A DNA stretch of 64,000 bases from Octopus vulgaris (taxonomy: Eukaryota). Below are positions 1 through 15,498 of the stretch, piece after piece. The stretch lies in contig OX597825.1 in assembly GCA_951406725.2 (NCBI GenBank), positions 78,058,001 to 78,122,000 of the forward strand, read 5' to 3'. The notes under the pieces were generated by a model, which saw only the letters and a program-made list of their open reading frames with translations, had not been told where the DNA came from and ran no database searches. The position numbers were made by a program, and so were the translations under genes. Every line of letters starts with the position of its first letter. Position 1 is the first letter of the stretch.

Positions 1-168
1 GTGTATATGCGTGTCAGTATATCCAGGAATTAATAAACTTTCGAGAGAACGTGAAATAATTTTCTGTTCTCTCTCTTTTTCTCTTACCCTTCCTTTTGCA
101 TTTTTTTCCTTCTTGGTTGCAATATATGGTTTATGCAAATCACTTAAATTCGAATGACGGAATATATG

Positions 169-259
<91 letters not shown>

Positions 260-354
260 GTGTCAGTGTGTGTGTATAATAATATAAATAATATATAAAT
301 ATATGCATATATGCATACATGTATGTACATATCTACATATATATATATATATAC

Positions 355-538
355 ATGCATATACGGTTACAGGATATAAAAAAACGTTGAACACAATGAG
401 AAACGAGAACATATAAACTAAAACATAGAAACGAACTTTTTTCGAACAACGAAAAACACAAACAGAGAAACGAAACATACAGCATAAAGAATATTCCTCT
501 TCTTCAGTTGTCCCTGTTTCACCTACTCCACGTTTCCA
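355..538. mobile_element. Diverged copy of a dispersed (TA)n-associated repeat (family H)
   Basis: Shares TACAGGA..AAAAAAACGT(T/C)GAACACAATGAGAAACG...CTTCTTCAGT with 13455-13870 and 36020-36476. Confidence 0.65.
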
Positions 539-573
539 TGTTTGTATGTTTGTATGTATGTATGTATGTATGT

Positions 574-752
<179 letters not shown>

Positions 753-1080
753 GTGTGTGTGTGTGTGTGTGAATGTGTGTGTCTGTGAGTGTATGTATGC
801 ATATTATATATATATGCATAGATACGGACGTATATGTGTAACACTTTCTGTACGTGTATGTGTCTAAGCATTTATGTGTTGACCCATATGCACACCTATT
901 TAGTGTATAAAAATGGCTGAGTTGTTTTAATTGATTATATTGATTTGCAACTAACTTTATTAATCCATCTCATAATACCTGATTTCGATCTCAAGTATTC
1001 CCTGTAAAAATATCTATTTATCTGTCTATCTTTCTATTTATTTGTACCGTCAATCTATTATCTATTAATCTATCTATCCG

Positions 1081-1153
<73 letters not shown>

Positions 1154-1672
1154 CATACACACACACATTTATATATATGGATATATATATATATATAGAT
1201 AGATAGATAGATAGATATAGATGTATAGATAGATACAAGCATACATAGATACATACATATATACACGAATATATATATATATATATATAAATAGATATAC
1301 ACGTACGTATATGTATCGATAAACGGCAATATATATATATATGTATATATATACTTTGATACTTTGATACTTTGATAGGTTTCGGCCATTATTGGCCCAG
1401 GCCATGTCTAACTTAAAAGCACCACCTGGTGAAGTCTTTCAAGTCAGAATTTGGGCACTATGGCCCACTCAAGTAGAGAGTTATTGTTTACAGAGACATA
1501 TCCGGGTGTAGGGGGTTTATCCGGGATTTTATATATATGTATATATATATATACACATATATATACATAATATGTGCATGTGTGTGTGTGAATACATATA
1601 ATTTTACCACGACCCACCGCATTCACACGCATATACATAGACACAGACACTTATAGAGGTGCGCATAAGTGT

Positions 1673-1737
<65 letters not shown>

Positions 1738-1796
1738 TACATATATGTATGTATAGTTATGTGTGTGTGTATGTGAGTGTGCGTGTATATAGACAT

Positions 1797-2162
1797 TCTT
1801 TTATTCGTTTACTTATTTCAGGCATTTGATTGCGGCCATGCTGGGGCAAGATCTTTAGTCGAACAACTGTACCCGTTGACTTATTCCTTGTATTCTATCA
1901 GTCTCTTGTGCCGAATCGCTAGGTTACGAGGATGTAAACACACCAACATCGGTTGTTAAGCGTTAGTGTGGGACAAACACAGACACACAAATTCATACAT
2001 ACATACATACATACATACATACATACATACATACATACATACGACGGGCTTCTTTCAGTTTCCGTGAACCAAATCCACTCACAAGGCTTTGGCGGCCGAG
2101 GCTATAGTAGACGACACTCGCCCAAGGTGCCACGCAGTGGGACTGTACCGGGAACCATGTGG
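1797..2162 (-). mobile_element. tRNA-derived SINE family A (CORE-like), head partly lost
   Basis: Colinear with the fuller copy at 25184-25604 (GCGGCCATGCTGG...CTTCTTTCAGTTTCCG...GCCCAAGGTGCCACGCAGTGGGACTG); internal (CATA)n. Confidence 0.85.
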
Positions 2163-2549
2163 ATGGATATACATAATTGCATATACATATAAGAGCATAT
2201 ATCTCTATATACATAAATACATATGTGTGTGCACATATTTAAATATCTATATAAGCATATATATACATATATATATATATATATACGAACATACACAGAG
2301 TAAAAGAGAGAGACTAGAACCCACACACACACAAATAATTACATATGTGTATATGCACATACATATAGAAGTATAATGTATACTCTCTTTATATGCATAT
2401 AAACATACATTTATACATATACATCGTCAATTATTACTGTTAATGCAAAGTTAATATTGTTACAGAAATCTGATCCTTGTTTACATACAAGGGCGTGGGT
2501 TTCCTACATTCTCATTAGAACATAAGCATTATAGCAACGTAGCAACGGA

Positions 2550-2606
<57 letters not shown>

Positions 2607-2754
2607 GTATGTATATATGCGTATGTTTATAGATATATACATATATGTATATATATTTGTGTATCTTTGTGTGCCCCAGTGAGGTTGTGTGTATGCATAA
2701 TTATATACTTGTATATTATATGCGAACACTTCCATATGGGTACTCGTACATATA

Positions 2755-2796
<42 letters not shown>

Positions 2797-2957
2797 AGTA
2801 TATTTAAATTTCTTCATAATTAAATATATACATAAATATATACGTATATATATTTGTGTGTGTGTATGTGTGTGTATGTGCGTATGTGCGTATGTGTGTC
2901 TGTATATGTGTGATTTTGGAGGGTGGGTGAGAGAGAAGAGGATAAAGAAACACGTTC

Positions 2958-2988
<31 letters not shown>

Positions 2989-3344
2989 TGTATGTATGTA
3001 TGTATGTATGTGTGTATATATGTAAGAGTGTGTGTATGTATGTACATGCAGACATCCAGTAACCTGTTTAGGAATGCCCTTGAGCAGGTCGTGTTCTTTT
3101 GAACCTCCTCCCGTAATCTCTATGCGGCCTGGGTGGGTCCGAAACCTCCCATATGACTTTTAATTACATAGTCGAAAATTCAGTTCGAATGGCTAGACCT
3201 ATGATGAATGTTTTAGCTGTTTCCCGTTGCCTTCTCCAGGCAGATGGGATGGGAGCTCAGAACGTAGATTGTTGGATGATAAACCGCAACCATCTGTGCC
3301 AACACGCCAACAAATCCGTCGCTCTCCCACCTGCAAAGCAGCGT

Positions 3345-3447
3345 GAGATGAAGTGTTTTGCTCAAGAACATTTTACACTTCGCGGTCCGAGAATCGAACC
3401 CGTAATCTAGCCATCATGAATGCAACACCCTAACCACCAGACCACTA
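3345..3447 (-). mobile_element. SINE family D head fragment
   Basis: GTGAGATGAAGTGTTTTGCTCAAGAACA...GAATCGAACCC...CTAACCAC is the reverse complement of a tRNA head plus CORE-like segment, as at 59241. Confidence 0.65.
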
Positions 3448-3589
3448 TACATATTTATGTCTGCGCGCGCTTGCGTATATGTGTGTGTGTCTGTGTGTGT
3501 AACGATATTTTTTCCCTTACTTCCCATCCTACAAAATTTAGTTTCCTGTTACTAATCCTATATCTTTCCGTAAATATGAACTATATTAA

Positions 3590-4056
3590 TACACACACAC
3601 ATACATACATACATACATACATACATACACACATACATACACACATACATACATACATACATACACACACACATACATACATACATACATACATACATAC
3701 ATACATACATACATACATGCATGCATGCATGCATACATACATACATACACACATACATACATACATACACACATACATACATAGATACATACATACACAC
3801 ACACATACATACATACATACATACATACATACATACATGCATGCATGCATGCATACATACATACATACACACATACATACATACATACATACATACATAC
3901 ATACATACATACACACACACATACATACATACATACATACATACATACATACATACATACATACATACATACATACACACATACATACATACATACATAC
4001 ATACACACATACATACATACATACATACATACATACACACACATACATACATACAC

Positions 4057-4089
<33 letters not shown>

Positions 4090-4730
4090 CATACATACAT
4101 ACATACACACATACACACATACATACATACATACACACATACATACATACATACATACACACATACATACACACATACATACATACATACATACACACAT
4201 ACATACATACATACATACATACACACATACATACATACATACATACATACATACATACATACATACATACACACACACATACATACATACATACATACAT
4301 ACATACATACATACATACATACATACATACATACATACACACATACATACATACATACATACATACATACATACATACATACATACACACATACATACAT
4401 ACATACAGGCATATACATATACAAATATGTACATACATACATACACACATACGTACATACATACATACATACATACATACACACATACATACATACATAC
4501 ATACATACATACATACATACATACATACATACATACATACATACATACATACATACATACATACATACATACACACATACATACACACATACATACATAC
4601 ATACACACATACATACATACATACATACATACATACATACATACATACATACATACATACATACATACATACATACATACATACATACACACACATACAT
4701 ACATACATACATACACACACACACATACAT

Positions 4731-4761
<31 letters not shown>

Positions 4762-5255
4762 TACATACATACATACATACATACATACATACATACACAC
4801 ATACATACATACATACATACACACACACATACATACATACATACATACATACATACATACACACACACATACATACATACATACATACATACACACACAC
4901 ACATACATACATACATACATACATACATACATACACACATACATACATACATACATACATACATACATACATACACACATACATACATACATACATACAT
5001 ACATACATACATACATACATACATACATACATACATACACACAGACATACATACATACATACATACATACATACATACATACACACACACATACACATAC
5101 ATACATACATACATACATACATACATACATACATACATACATACATACATACATACATACACACACACATACATACATACATACATACATACATACATAC
5201 ATACATACATACATACACACATACACACGGGCATATACATATACATACATGTACA
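3590..5255. repeat. Very long (CATA)n/(CA)n compound microsatellite, about 1.66 kb
   Basis: Direct reading; source of the 545-647 aa pseudo-ORFs. Confidence 0.97.
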
Positions 5256-5864
5256 TATATGTACGTATACGTTTTCCACCCTCAACTCCCCGGCTCTGGT
5301 TTATCCGTTATCAACAACAGCGTCTTCTTGCCCACCTGGGTATCACTTCAGCTGTTTTATTAAGCGTTCTCCTTGTGTTTGTGTGTGTGCGTACATACCT
5401 AGGAACACGTACAGCCACACCCTTCCCCCACATATATTTATATATACACACACATATATATATAAAATATATATTTGCACGTATGTATGTATGCATATGT
5501 ATGTATATACATATACACATATACATATATATGTATGCATGTGTATGTATATGTATGCATATGCATGCATGTATGTATGTATATACATTTGTATGTGCGT
5601 GCAAGAGGGATAAAGAGAGAGATTGTGTGCTCTGAGTTTAAATTACAACGGAGACACAATATTAAAAATAAACTAAAATATGCTCTAAGTCCTGTGTTGA
5701 GTGCGACTTTTAGTCCTCTATTAAAGTACAGTTCAACACCTATTATATATGTGTGTGATATCGAGCGTGCGTGATGTAATACTTGAAATACTTGTATATT
5801 ATATGTCATATATATGTATGTATATAAATATATATATATATATATATATACATACATACATACA

Positions 5865-5898
<34 letters not shown>

Positions 5899-6583
5899 CA
5901 TTCATACATAAATACATACATACATACATACATACATACATAAATATATATATTATATACGAATATATATATATTATATATGTATGTATATGCATGTGCA
6001 CCTGTGCGTGTGGGTATGTATGTATTTGCGATCGTGCATCCATACAATGGAAGCTCCTTCTTTATTATAATCAATTTCGGACGAAACCATTACGATAACA
6101 ATATCCGGCTAATAACATAAAGCAGATAATAGATCCATGTTCTGAGTGTGCGATGGCCCATTTCTGTTGACCACAATAAATACGAAATTATAATCTACAG
6201 AAAAATACTTAAATTTGTCCAATTAGTACATTTAGTACGTAAGTTAGATATATTATACCGTACCTCAATACTGTGCGGGCTCAGGTACCCCTTGCCAGGC
6301 CGCTAATATTAATTTTAGTATGCAAATTAGAAACCTCATTTCTCTGCATCTACTGGTGTTCTTGTGCATATAAACAGCTTGGCTACTATTTTTCTGGTAT
6401 TGATGCAGACACATCTGATGAGAAACCGATAATGATTGGAAATCGATTTAGACTTTTCAACAAGCTTTTCCCAGCCAGTGGAGAAATAGATAAAGATGTC
6501 CTGCTTACGTCTTGCACGTTTGTTATTCACAGACACACACACACACACAAACACACACATACACACACACACACACACACATA

Positions 6584-6621
<38 letters not shown>

Positions 6622-6627
6622 TATATA

Positions 6628-6765
6628 CGAGGGTGAGTCAAAAAGTAATGCCATTTCGTTTAGGACAGGTATAATTACCAACGCAGGAACATGTATCATA
6701 CATCAAAATGAAGCTGGTCCTCTGTGGATCACACCCCTTCGTCTCAACATAGTCACCATCTCTCT
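6628..6765. mobile_element. Mariner-type transposon terminal fragment
   Basis: TA|CGAGGGTGAGTCAAAAAGTAATGCC resembles mariner TIRs and starts at a TA in a (TA)n tract; no partner TIR seen. Confidence 0.55.
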
Positions 6766-6822
6766 CTCTATATATTTATACATATGCATATATGGATACA
6801 GGACATCACCAACTGTAAACTG

Positions 6823-6908
<86 letters not shown>

Positions 6909-7233
6909 CAGGTACACACACACAACCACACGCTTATTTCTATATATTTCTCTAGCGTTATTTAAACCAAAAATTGCCATTATTAAGAACTCCAAGTGTA
7001 ATTATATAATTTACATTATGTAACTCAGAATCCATATTTGTTAATGAAACGTACGTAAGATGGCATAAATTAATATCAAATAAACGATCTACCATATTTG
7101 GATTATTTTCTATTCCTATCTATCTGACTACATGATCCTTCCAATCATTTGGAACTGAACTCAGAACCATGCGATTAAGAAGCAAACTCCTTACCATACA
7201 GCTACACCTCTGCATGTGTGTGTGTACATACAT

Positions 7234-7330
<97 letters not shown>

Positions 7331-7394
7331 GTCTAACAGTCGAAACATCGAGGTCTCTAACATTTACCTATATACCATGAAAAAGTTTAAAAGA

Positions 7395-7467
<73 letters not shown>

Positions 7468-7659
7468 GTATGTGTTGTAAAATTTAAATGTATACACACA
7501 CACACCCAAACGCACACGCACACACATATGTGTATATGCGCAGGCATACATAATTATGGCGGTGATGAGGAAATCTGAGCCTGAATATTCTAAGTCGAAC
7601 CCAGAAATTTTGACGCGTCATACCGAGAATTTGAAGTACTTCTTTGAGGTGCTTCTCCT

Positions 7660-8135
<476 letters not shown>

Positions 8136-8206
8136 CAACAACAAAAACAACAACAACATCGAAAAATACCTTAGGAATGAGAACCCAGGTTCGAAATTTC
8201 CCCAAG

Positions 8207-8250
8207 ACACCTGAAGAAGGCTGGAGGGTATATCAGCCAAAATGTTGTGT
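8207..8250 (+). ncRNA. Degenerate type I hammerhead ribozyme motif
   Basis: ACAC-CTGAAGA-A-GGCTG(10 nt)CAGCC-AAAAT-GTT-GTGT; stems I and II perfect, GAAAC altered in a CpG-decay-like way. Confidence 0.6.
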
Positions 8251-8429
8251 TAGCAACAAACAAAATGAGGATAAATATCCGTCAAATGTAAATAATGTAA
8301 ATAAGGTATAAAGTGTGGGGGTTTATATATATAACGAAAGAAGAAGAAGAAGAAGAAGAAGAAGAAGGGTTCCAAATTTTTGCACAAAGCCAGCAATTTC
8401 AGCAGAGGGGTTAAGTCCCTTGGATATCA

Positions 8430-8570
8430 TCAGTGGCGTGAAGAGGGGAGGCTGGTATGCATGGGTGACTGCTGGTCTTACATAAACAGTGTTACCAGGA
8501 CTTGTGCCTCGGAGGGAAACTTTCTAGATGCAATGCCATGGTCATTCATGACCGAAGTAGGTCTTTACTC
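8430..8570 (+). mobile_element. 3' part of the SINE also seen at 22305-22595
   Basis: GAGGCTGGTATGCATGGGTGACT..TGGTCTT.CATAAACA...GGACTTGTGCCTCGGAG matches the reverse complement of 22321-22395. Confidence 0.7.
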
Positions 8571-8784
8571 TTTATTCATTTGATATTACGGGACCACAGG
8601 TGAAGGGTACAAGAATATATTTTAGCGAAATCTAGACGTTGGTTTGTTTGCTTCCTTTCCAAGCCCCAAGACTTATAAATCGATGAAGCGCCAGCTGAGT
8701 TCTTAGCTTTATAAACCATTCCGGTTCAAAGATCCAAATCTCATCTTTTTATTTTTTTACATTTGTATATGTTGTTTGTTTCTT

Positions 8785-8880
8785 CTCGAGCCACGCCTGG
8801 CTCATAAGGGTCGGTTTCCCGGTTTCCTTGGTGTATAGGCTCCCCACCTGGACGGGACGCTAGTCCGTCACCGGTGAGCT
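8785..8880 (-). mobile_element. SINE family D 3' fragment
   Basis: Reverse complement resembles GACTGGCGTCCCATCCAG...GAAACCGGGAGACCGGACC..TGAGC at 59407-59470. Confidence 0.6.
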
Positions 8881-9124
8881 ACTAGATGCAGCAGGAAAGA
8901 GTGAGGTTCGCCATTACCTTCTGCCGGAGATGCGTTGTGCTTAGATAGAATAAGTATGAGACTTTAAAAAATGAAGTACGAGAGTTCATTCATTTGACTA
9001 AAGAATTCTTCAAGGTGGTGCTCCAGCATGGCCGAAGTCAGATGAGGGAAATAAGATAAAAGATATATGTGATAATATATATGCACTGATATTTATCTAT
9101 ATATGTGTTGATAGATAGATAGAT

Positions 9125-9272
9125 AAGTTTCTTTATTGGCCACACAGGGCTGCACACAGATGGGACAAGTTACAAGGCAGAGCTTTTCTTTTAGGGGAGA
9201 AAAAAAAAGGTGGCGTAGGTTTTCGATCAAAAGGGATCGTAAAAGGGAAAAAAGAACAAAAAAAAAGAAAAA
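9125..9272 (-). mobile_element. 3' end of a non-LTR retroelement in (GATA)n (family G)
   Basis: Minus strand ends GTGGCCAATAAAGAAACT-(TATC)n; matches 49992-50347. Confidence 0.75.
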
Positions 9273-9533
9273 GATAGATAGATAGGTAGGTAGGTGGGTA
9301 GATAGATAGATAGACAGACAGAGATACAGACACACAGATAGGCAAACAGACAGACAAATGGACGGACGGTCGGACGGACAGACAGATATATACAAATACA
9401 TACATACATACATATATACGTGCATACATATATACATACATATATACATACATACATACATACATACATACATACATACATACATACATACATACATACA
9501 TACATACATACATACATACGTGCCTACATACAT

Positions 9534-9896
9534 CTATAATTATTGAGACCCTTGGATATGTAACACACTGCCTAATTACCAATCTTGAGAAATTAGGCTT
9601 CTCAAAACCAGAAAGGAGAAAGCTGATTCGAAGACCACAGATCCAGCCCATCTCTGGAACTAAAAGTCTATAAAACTTTCCAGATGTTTACCATTTAAGT
9701 ACATATGAGCATTGCTTAGACATGAGAATACATCCGTAAAAGAAAACATACAAATCTGTACATATGCATATATATATATATATACATACATACACCGTTG
9801 ATGTTTTTGAAATTCAAATGAAGGAGCCTTGGATCTAGGTTAGAAACCGGCTCTTTCTCTATTGGCAAGAAATCTTGAAATATAACTAAATAATGA
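9534..9896 (+). mobile_element. 3' end of a restriction-like-endonuclease non-LTR retrotransposon in (CATA)n (family F)
   Basis: Encodes [37 protein letters not shown]; homologous to 48605-48690 (FIPVIIGAL) and 52115-52575. Confidence 0.7.
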
Positions 9897-10139
9897 CACA
9901 CATACATGCATCCACACGCTCACAAACATGCATACACGTGTATTAACAGACCTCTGTTATTTTACCTCAGCTTGGGACGGGTCGGTATGCATTTGTTTAA
10001 CACACCTGAAAAATAACCAATAGGTGTGTGTGTATATATGTATGTATTTATGCATATGTATGTGTGCAGGTGAGCAGGCGTATGTGCATGTGTGTCCTTG
10101 ATTCTCTTGCATTGTATAGCTACAATCTGACATCAATCC

Positions 10140-10387
10140 ATCACCGCCAATACCTTCATCAACACCACCACCACCACCACCACCATCACCACCAGTATCA
10201 CCACCACCACCACCACCACCACCACCACCACCACCACCACCACCACCACCAAACACCACCACCACCACCACCACCACCACCACCACACCTCCACCACCAC
10301 CACCACCACCACCACCACCACCATCACCACCACCAGTATCACCACCACCACCACCACCACCACCACCACCACCACCACCACCACCAC

Positions 10388-10414
<27 letters not shown>
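10140..10414. repeat. (CAC)n microsatellite
   Basis: Direct reading. Confidence 0.95.
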
Positions 10415-10419
<5 letters not shown>

Positions 10420-10599
10420 GCTGTCCGTTTTACAGTGTCGGTTAATCCGTTTCTTCATTAATAACTGGAAATGATGAGTACCAGAAGACTGGGAGGATGC
10501 TGACATATATGTGTATACATACATATATACACATATATATTTATATGTATATACATGCATATATATATAAATATATATAAATGTACATATATATAAATG

Positions 10600-10665
<66 letters not shown>

Positions 10666-11008
10666 CACACGTATAAATATGTACATATATTACGCACATA
10701 AATAGTATACGTGTATGTATATATATATATATATATATATGCACATATATTTACATATACGCACACCACATATTAATTTATACACAAATATGTATGTGCG
10801 CGCGCGCGTGTATGTATACGTGTGTGTGTGTGTGTGTGTGTGCTCAGCGTGACATCTGATAAGGCATGGCGTATGAGGTATTCTAGATCAGTATATCATT
10901 TCAAAGAGATTGGAAATAAACCCATATTCGTCTAGATTGCTTCTACAGGCGCATTATCACACTCAGATATAAAGATAAAGTGAAGGAGTGTACAAGAGAT
11001 ACAAGAGC

Positions 11009-11071
<63 letters not shown>

Positions 11072-11421
11072 GCACGCACACGCACACATACTTATGTATG
11101 CATATATATTTACATGAAGGAAGAGACTCCCCCCCCCGCACACACACACGTATACGCATATATACATATACATATATGTAGGTGCACAGATTGTCAAAAC
11201 GAGACAGTTAAGTGATAGCTGAAGCGAAGAGAAGACAACTTAAACGCCAGATGTCGCCGCCGTGTCACACAGTTTCGTTCTCTCTCTACTTCTTCCTTCT
11301 AAGCCAGAAGCCATCTTCTTGTTTCCTCGCCATGGTTCATACACACATTTTACACACTCCTCTGAATTCTGATTTCTCTGCCCCCGCATGTGTGTGTGTG
11401 CGTGTGTGTGTGTGTGTTTGT

Positions 11422-11673
11422 ATTCTTTTATTCTTTTATTAGTTTCAGTCATATGACTGCGGTCATTCTGGAGTACCGCCTTTAGTCGAAAAAATCGACT
11501 CGAGGACTTATTCTTCATGAGTCTGCTTCTTATGCTATCGGTATCTTTGCCGAACTGCTAAGTTACGGTAACGTAAAAATACCAACATCGATTGTCAAGC
11601 GATGATGGGGAGGCAAATACAGACATAGAAGCATATAGATAGATAGATAGATTGATAGATAGATAGATAGATT

Positions 11674-11729
<56 letters not shown>

Positions 11730-11824
11730 TACACATATCTAATACATATATATATATATATATATACATTTATATAGGCACCACTACTTACTTGAAAATA
11801 GCAATCGATACAAATCGATATTGC

Positions 11825-11890
<66 letters not shown>

Positions 11891-12056
11891 TACGACAGGC
11901 TTCTTTCAGTTTACGTCTACCAAATCCACTCACGAGACTTTGGTCGGCCCGAGGCTTTGGTAGAAGACGCTTGCCTTAGGTGCCACGCAGTGGAACTGAA
12001 ACCGGATCTATGTGGTTGACAAGCAAGCTTCTTACCACAAAGCAACTCCTGCGCCT
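11422..12056 (-). mobile_element. SINE family A, full length, with expanded internal (GATA)n/(TA)n
   Basis: Minus-strand head AGGCGCAGGAGTTGCTTTGTGGTAAG...GGTTTCAGTTCC; colinear with 25184-25604. Confidence 0.85.
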
Positions 12057-12567
12057 ATATATATATATATACATATAAACTACATATATAACTGTAGTAA
12101 ACTTGATGCACTTTTACGGCAGCAGACCAATTGAATTACTTGTTTGTAAAGTTGGTTAAGTGGCAATGCATGAAATTTATTATCTCCACGTTTTGAGTTC
12201 AAATTCCCGCGAGGTCGACTTCACCTTTCTTCACCGTTTTGGGTCAATAAAATAAATAACATTTGAACGCCGTAGTCGATCTAATCGATTATGCCCATAA
12301 AACCGCAACCAGATAATTATAACCTTGTGATTATGTCAGGCAACAATGCATCAGAGAAAGTGCAGATTAATTAACCTTACTATAGATAAACATGTGCGCG
12401 CATGCGGGGGAGGGTGCGCGTGCGTGAGCGAGAGAGAGAGCACGAATGGCAGTGTGAGCAAGTGAAACATGAGTAAATGCATCTTTTTATATTTGCTGTT
12501 CGGTAGACGTTACAATGTGACTAATCAACCGTGAGTTTCGTTCCGATTAAAAATTATACATAATTAA

Positions 12568-12599
<32 letters not shown>

Positions 12600-12624
12600 T
12601 TGTGTGTGTGCGTATGTATATGTA

Positions 12625-12670
<46 letters not shown>

Positions 12671-12739
12671 TACATACACACACACACATATATATATATA
12701 CACACACACACACAGACACACACACATATATATATATAT

Positions 12740-12971
12740 TGATTCGCTAGCCTCTGCACGCATATTTTTTTTTCTCTCCTTCTTTCTGTGTTTTTTCTCT
12801 GTGTATCTTTCTGTTGAAGAGCGTAGGCTCGAAACGTTAAAGACTTGTTTTATTTATATTTCCTGAGCGCCATACTAATACAATTGTTTGTTTGTATTCC
12901 ACCTGCCTTCGTCTTTTGTTTATTTCCGTAAACCTGCCTTCGTCTTTTGTCTATTTTCATAAAGCTTCCCG

Positions 12972-12973
<2 letters not shown>
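12740..12973 (+). mobile_element. Short hammerhead-bearing element in (TA)n (family I)
   Basis: Bounded by (TA)n; homologous to 27017-27190 (-) and more distantly 51740-51915. Confidence 0.65.
12806..12843 (+). ncRNA. Minimal hammerhead-like motif, variant core
   Basis: TCTTT-CTGTTGA-A-GAGC(GTAG)GCTC-GAAAC-GTT-AAAGA; 5-bp stem I, 4-bp stem II, A6 replaced by U. Confidence 0.6.
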
Positions 12974-13025
<52 letters not shown>

Positions 13026-13267
13026 TTTAAATAAAACCCTTGATTCAAGAACACTGTATAAACTCTTTACTTGGAATGACCAATTTTAAATACTATTGGG
13101 TTTTACTCATAAGGTATTGGAATCTTACATATATACCATTCTGCCTAAAAAATGGATCTACAAATGCAATATCCCTGCATATCTCACATCTATTTTCTTT
13201 CCTCCACCTCACTCTCTATTTCGTATCTTATCTAAATTAATTATTACTTAACCATCTTCTCACACCT

Positions 13268-13317
13268 TCTCTGATGAAGGAATATAATTAATAAATATCC
13301 TGGAAACAGCTGTAAGA
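13268..13317 (+). ncRNA. Type I hammerhead ribozyme, canonical core
   Basis: TCT-CTGATGA-AGGAATAT..ATATCCT-G-GAAAC-AGCT-GTA-AGA; palindromic stem III ACAGCTGT, GUA triplet. Confidence 0.75.
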
Positions 13318-13454
13318 TCTTCTATTTATAAATGTTCTAAAATCTACACAGCCTTGGTTCTTTTTATCTCATTACGAAAAAAAAAATTTATATACATGTA
13401 TATACGCACACACACATACACACACACACATATATAAATATATATATATATATA

Positions 13455-13866
13455 TAATAAATTAATAAATAAAACATATGCATATATACATACATATATG
13501 TACGTACCTACCTCTACATGTATATATACACGCTTATATGGGTACAGGACACAAAAAAAAACGTCGAACACAATGAGAAACGAAAACATAAACACAAAAC
13601 CAAAGAACCGGACATTTTTCTTAAACAACGAAAAAATAGAGTACAGGACAAATAACACAAGGAAAAATCCCCTTCTTCAGTCGCCATGGTTTCATCTACT
13701 CTGCGTTTCAAAGGTGAAGGCGATACGCATCTTCGATAGAAACTTTCCTTCCCGCGAAAAGCAAATTAAATAAAATTTGAGATCTTTTTGCGGAGGGGTA
13801 AAAATGGTAACAAAAACAGGACAGTAACGACAGTACAAAATACAAGCAGTAAAAGACAGGACAAGG

Positions 13867-13870
<4 letters not shown>
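13455..13870. mobile_element. Family H dispersed repeat in (TA)n
   Basis: Highly similar over about 410 bp to 36020-36430; both bounded by (TA)n. Confidence 0.85.
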
Positions 13871-13914
<44 letters not shown>

Positions 13915-14908
13915 TAAATATATCCATGTATGTGAGTGTGCGTGCACGTACGCGTGTGTGTGCGTGTGTATGTGCAGGAATAATCGTAAACAATTGCCAG
14001 ATAAGTAGTAGCGGGAAAACTTGTGACATAGTTTGCATGAAACAATATGGATGATGCAAGGTACATAATTGGATGCAGTATCGAATGGAATACGAGATCG
14101 ATAAGGCCTGTATTATTTGGTTAAAGAGTCAGATATTGATTTCACTTTATAGCAAAATATATTATATCATTTGTAGATAGCGTCTCATTTCATCTGTTAG
14201 TTCTGACTAAGGGAGGAGAAGTATGAGGTCAACTCTATCATGACCTGACAATGTTTTATTTCTCAGGTATTTATTGTATTATAACAACTGCACTGAGAAA
14301 TAGAAAGTTAATGAGTATACGTAAGTAGGTAGGTAGGTAGATAGATAGGGAAGGAGGGAGGGAGAGAGGAAAGGAGGCAGACATGTGTCTATACATATAT
14401 ATATATATATATGTGCCATCATTTACATAAATGTATATATATATATTTATACATATACACACACACACATATATAGAAATATACAAATACATTTATATGC
14501 CTGTATAAATCTATGTATGAGTGAGTGAGTGTGTGTATGTGTGTGTGTTTGAGTGTGTATGTGTGTGTGTGTGTGTGTGTGTTTATCTCTTGGTTGACTA
14601 ATATCTATAAGTCACTGGATTCAATACAAATGTCGAGTATCCTACAATATATTATAACTGTAATGCTCCAATTTGCAGAACTCAGAGTCGTTCGTTTCCA
14701 ATCCTCAGCTGGCAAAACAAGCCTGGGTTTCTTTTGAAATATCCATTGACGGAATTTATTTTTCTTTATTTAAAATACATAAAAGTCTGATTCATATAAT
14801 GACTATGTCATATGAGATGTTTCAGTTTATAAGCAGCTAATAACCGGAAACGAATAAATTTGAGAATTGGAAATCGGAAGATGGAACACACGAGAATTTA
14901 TTATTAAT

Positions 14909-14981
14909 CACAACAATTGTTTCGACACATCGATTCCTTTTCTAAGGAGTATCCGGTAGTACAGACATATCTCGTCGGGTG
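14909..14981 (-). ncRNA. Hammerhead-like motif
   Basis: Minus strand CAC-CCGACGA-GATAT...GTGTC-GAAAC-AATT-GTT-GTG; palindromic stem III ACAATTGT. Confidence 0.55.
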
Positions 14982-15004
14982 ATAAATAAATAAATGAGTT
15001 ATAA

Positions 15005-15341
15005 TCATTCAAAAGAAAGTAAGAAAATGGAGATATAACATTTAATAAAAAATTTATTATCTGCAAAAATCAAACATACAGCTGTTTCAATTGGGCTTAA
15101 TAGATTAAATAGTAATTAATAAAGTCCTTATATTAGGAAAAATCTCTTCAGAGGGATAGAGAAAATATATACCGTTAGGTTTTTAAGTGATTTTTTAAAT
15201 TTTAGAATCATCACAGCAGATTGTGTATTATTTTATAGATAATATCGGCATATTGCCGGATTTGGGAGTTATACGTTTGTTTATATTGTTTAATTTCTTT
15301 TTAAATGCTATATCTCCATTTTCTTACTTTCTTTTGGATGA
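15005..15341. repeat. Inverted repeat (about 41-bp arms) enclosing a minus-strand hammerhead
   Basis: 15005-15045 is the reverse complement of 15301-15341 with 2 mismatches. Confidence 0.8.
15077..15151 (-). ncRNA. Hammerhead-like motif with long stem II loop
   Basis: Minus strand CTGAAGA-GATT...AATT-GAAAC-AGCT-GTA; stem I weak. Confidence 0.5.
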
Positions 15342-15498
15342 TAAACCAAAATTTATTTATAAAAACCTATTGTTTAATGGATAATACTATTATGCATATC
15401 AAATAATAGGTATTAAACCAGTAATTCATTGGATGACACCATCCCTTAATGAAGCTAATTTAACCTATAATTGAATATATATATATATATATATATAA

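Noticed and set aside
1370-1480. Minus-strand GGCC..GGCC-GAAAC hammerhead-like remnant
   Set aside because: Core and stem III too degenerate to call
3420-5635. Six overlapping ORFs of 545-647 aa
   Set aside because: Stop-free read-through of (CATA)n; the same applies to the YI, CV, poly-N, poly-H and poly-M ORFs throughout
6411-6455. CTGATGA...GGAAATCGATT hammerhead-like string
   Set aside because: No stem I pairing and extra bases before stem II
9815-9855. TGAAGG..GAAACCGG in the family F 3' UTR as a hammerhead
   Set aside because: Core does not fit; better explained as a GAGCC/GGCTC hairpin
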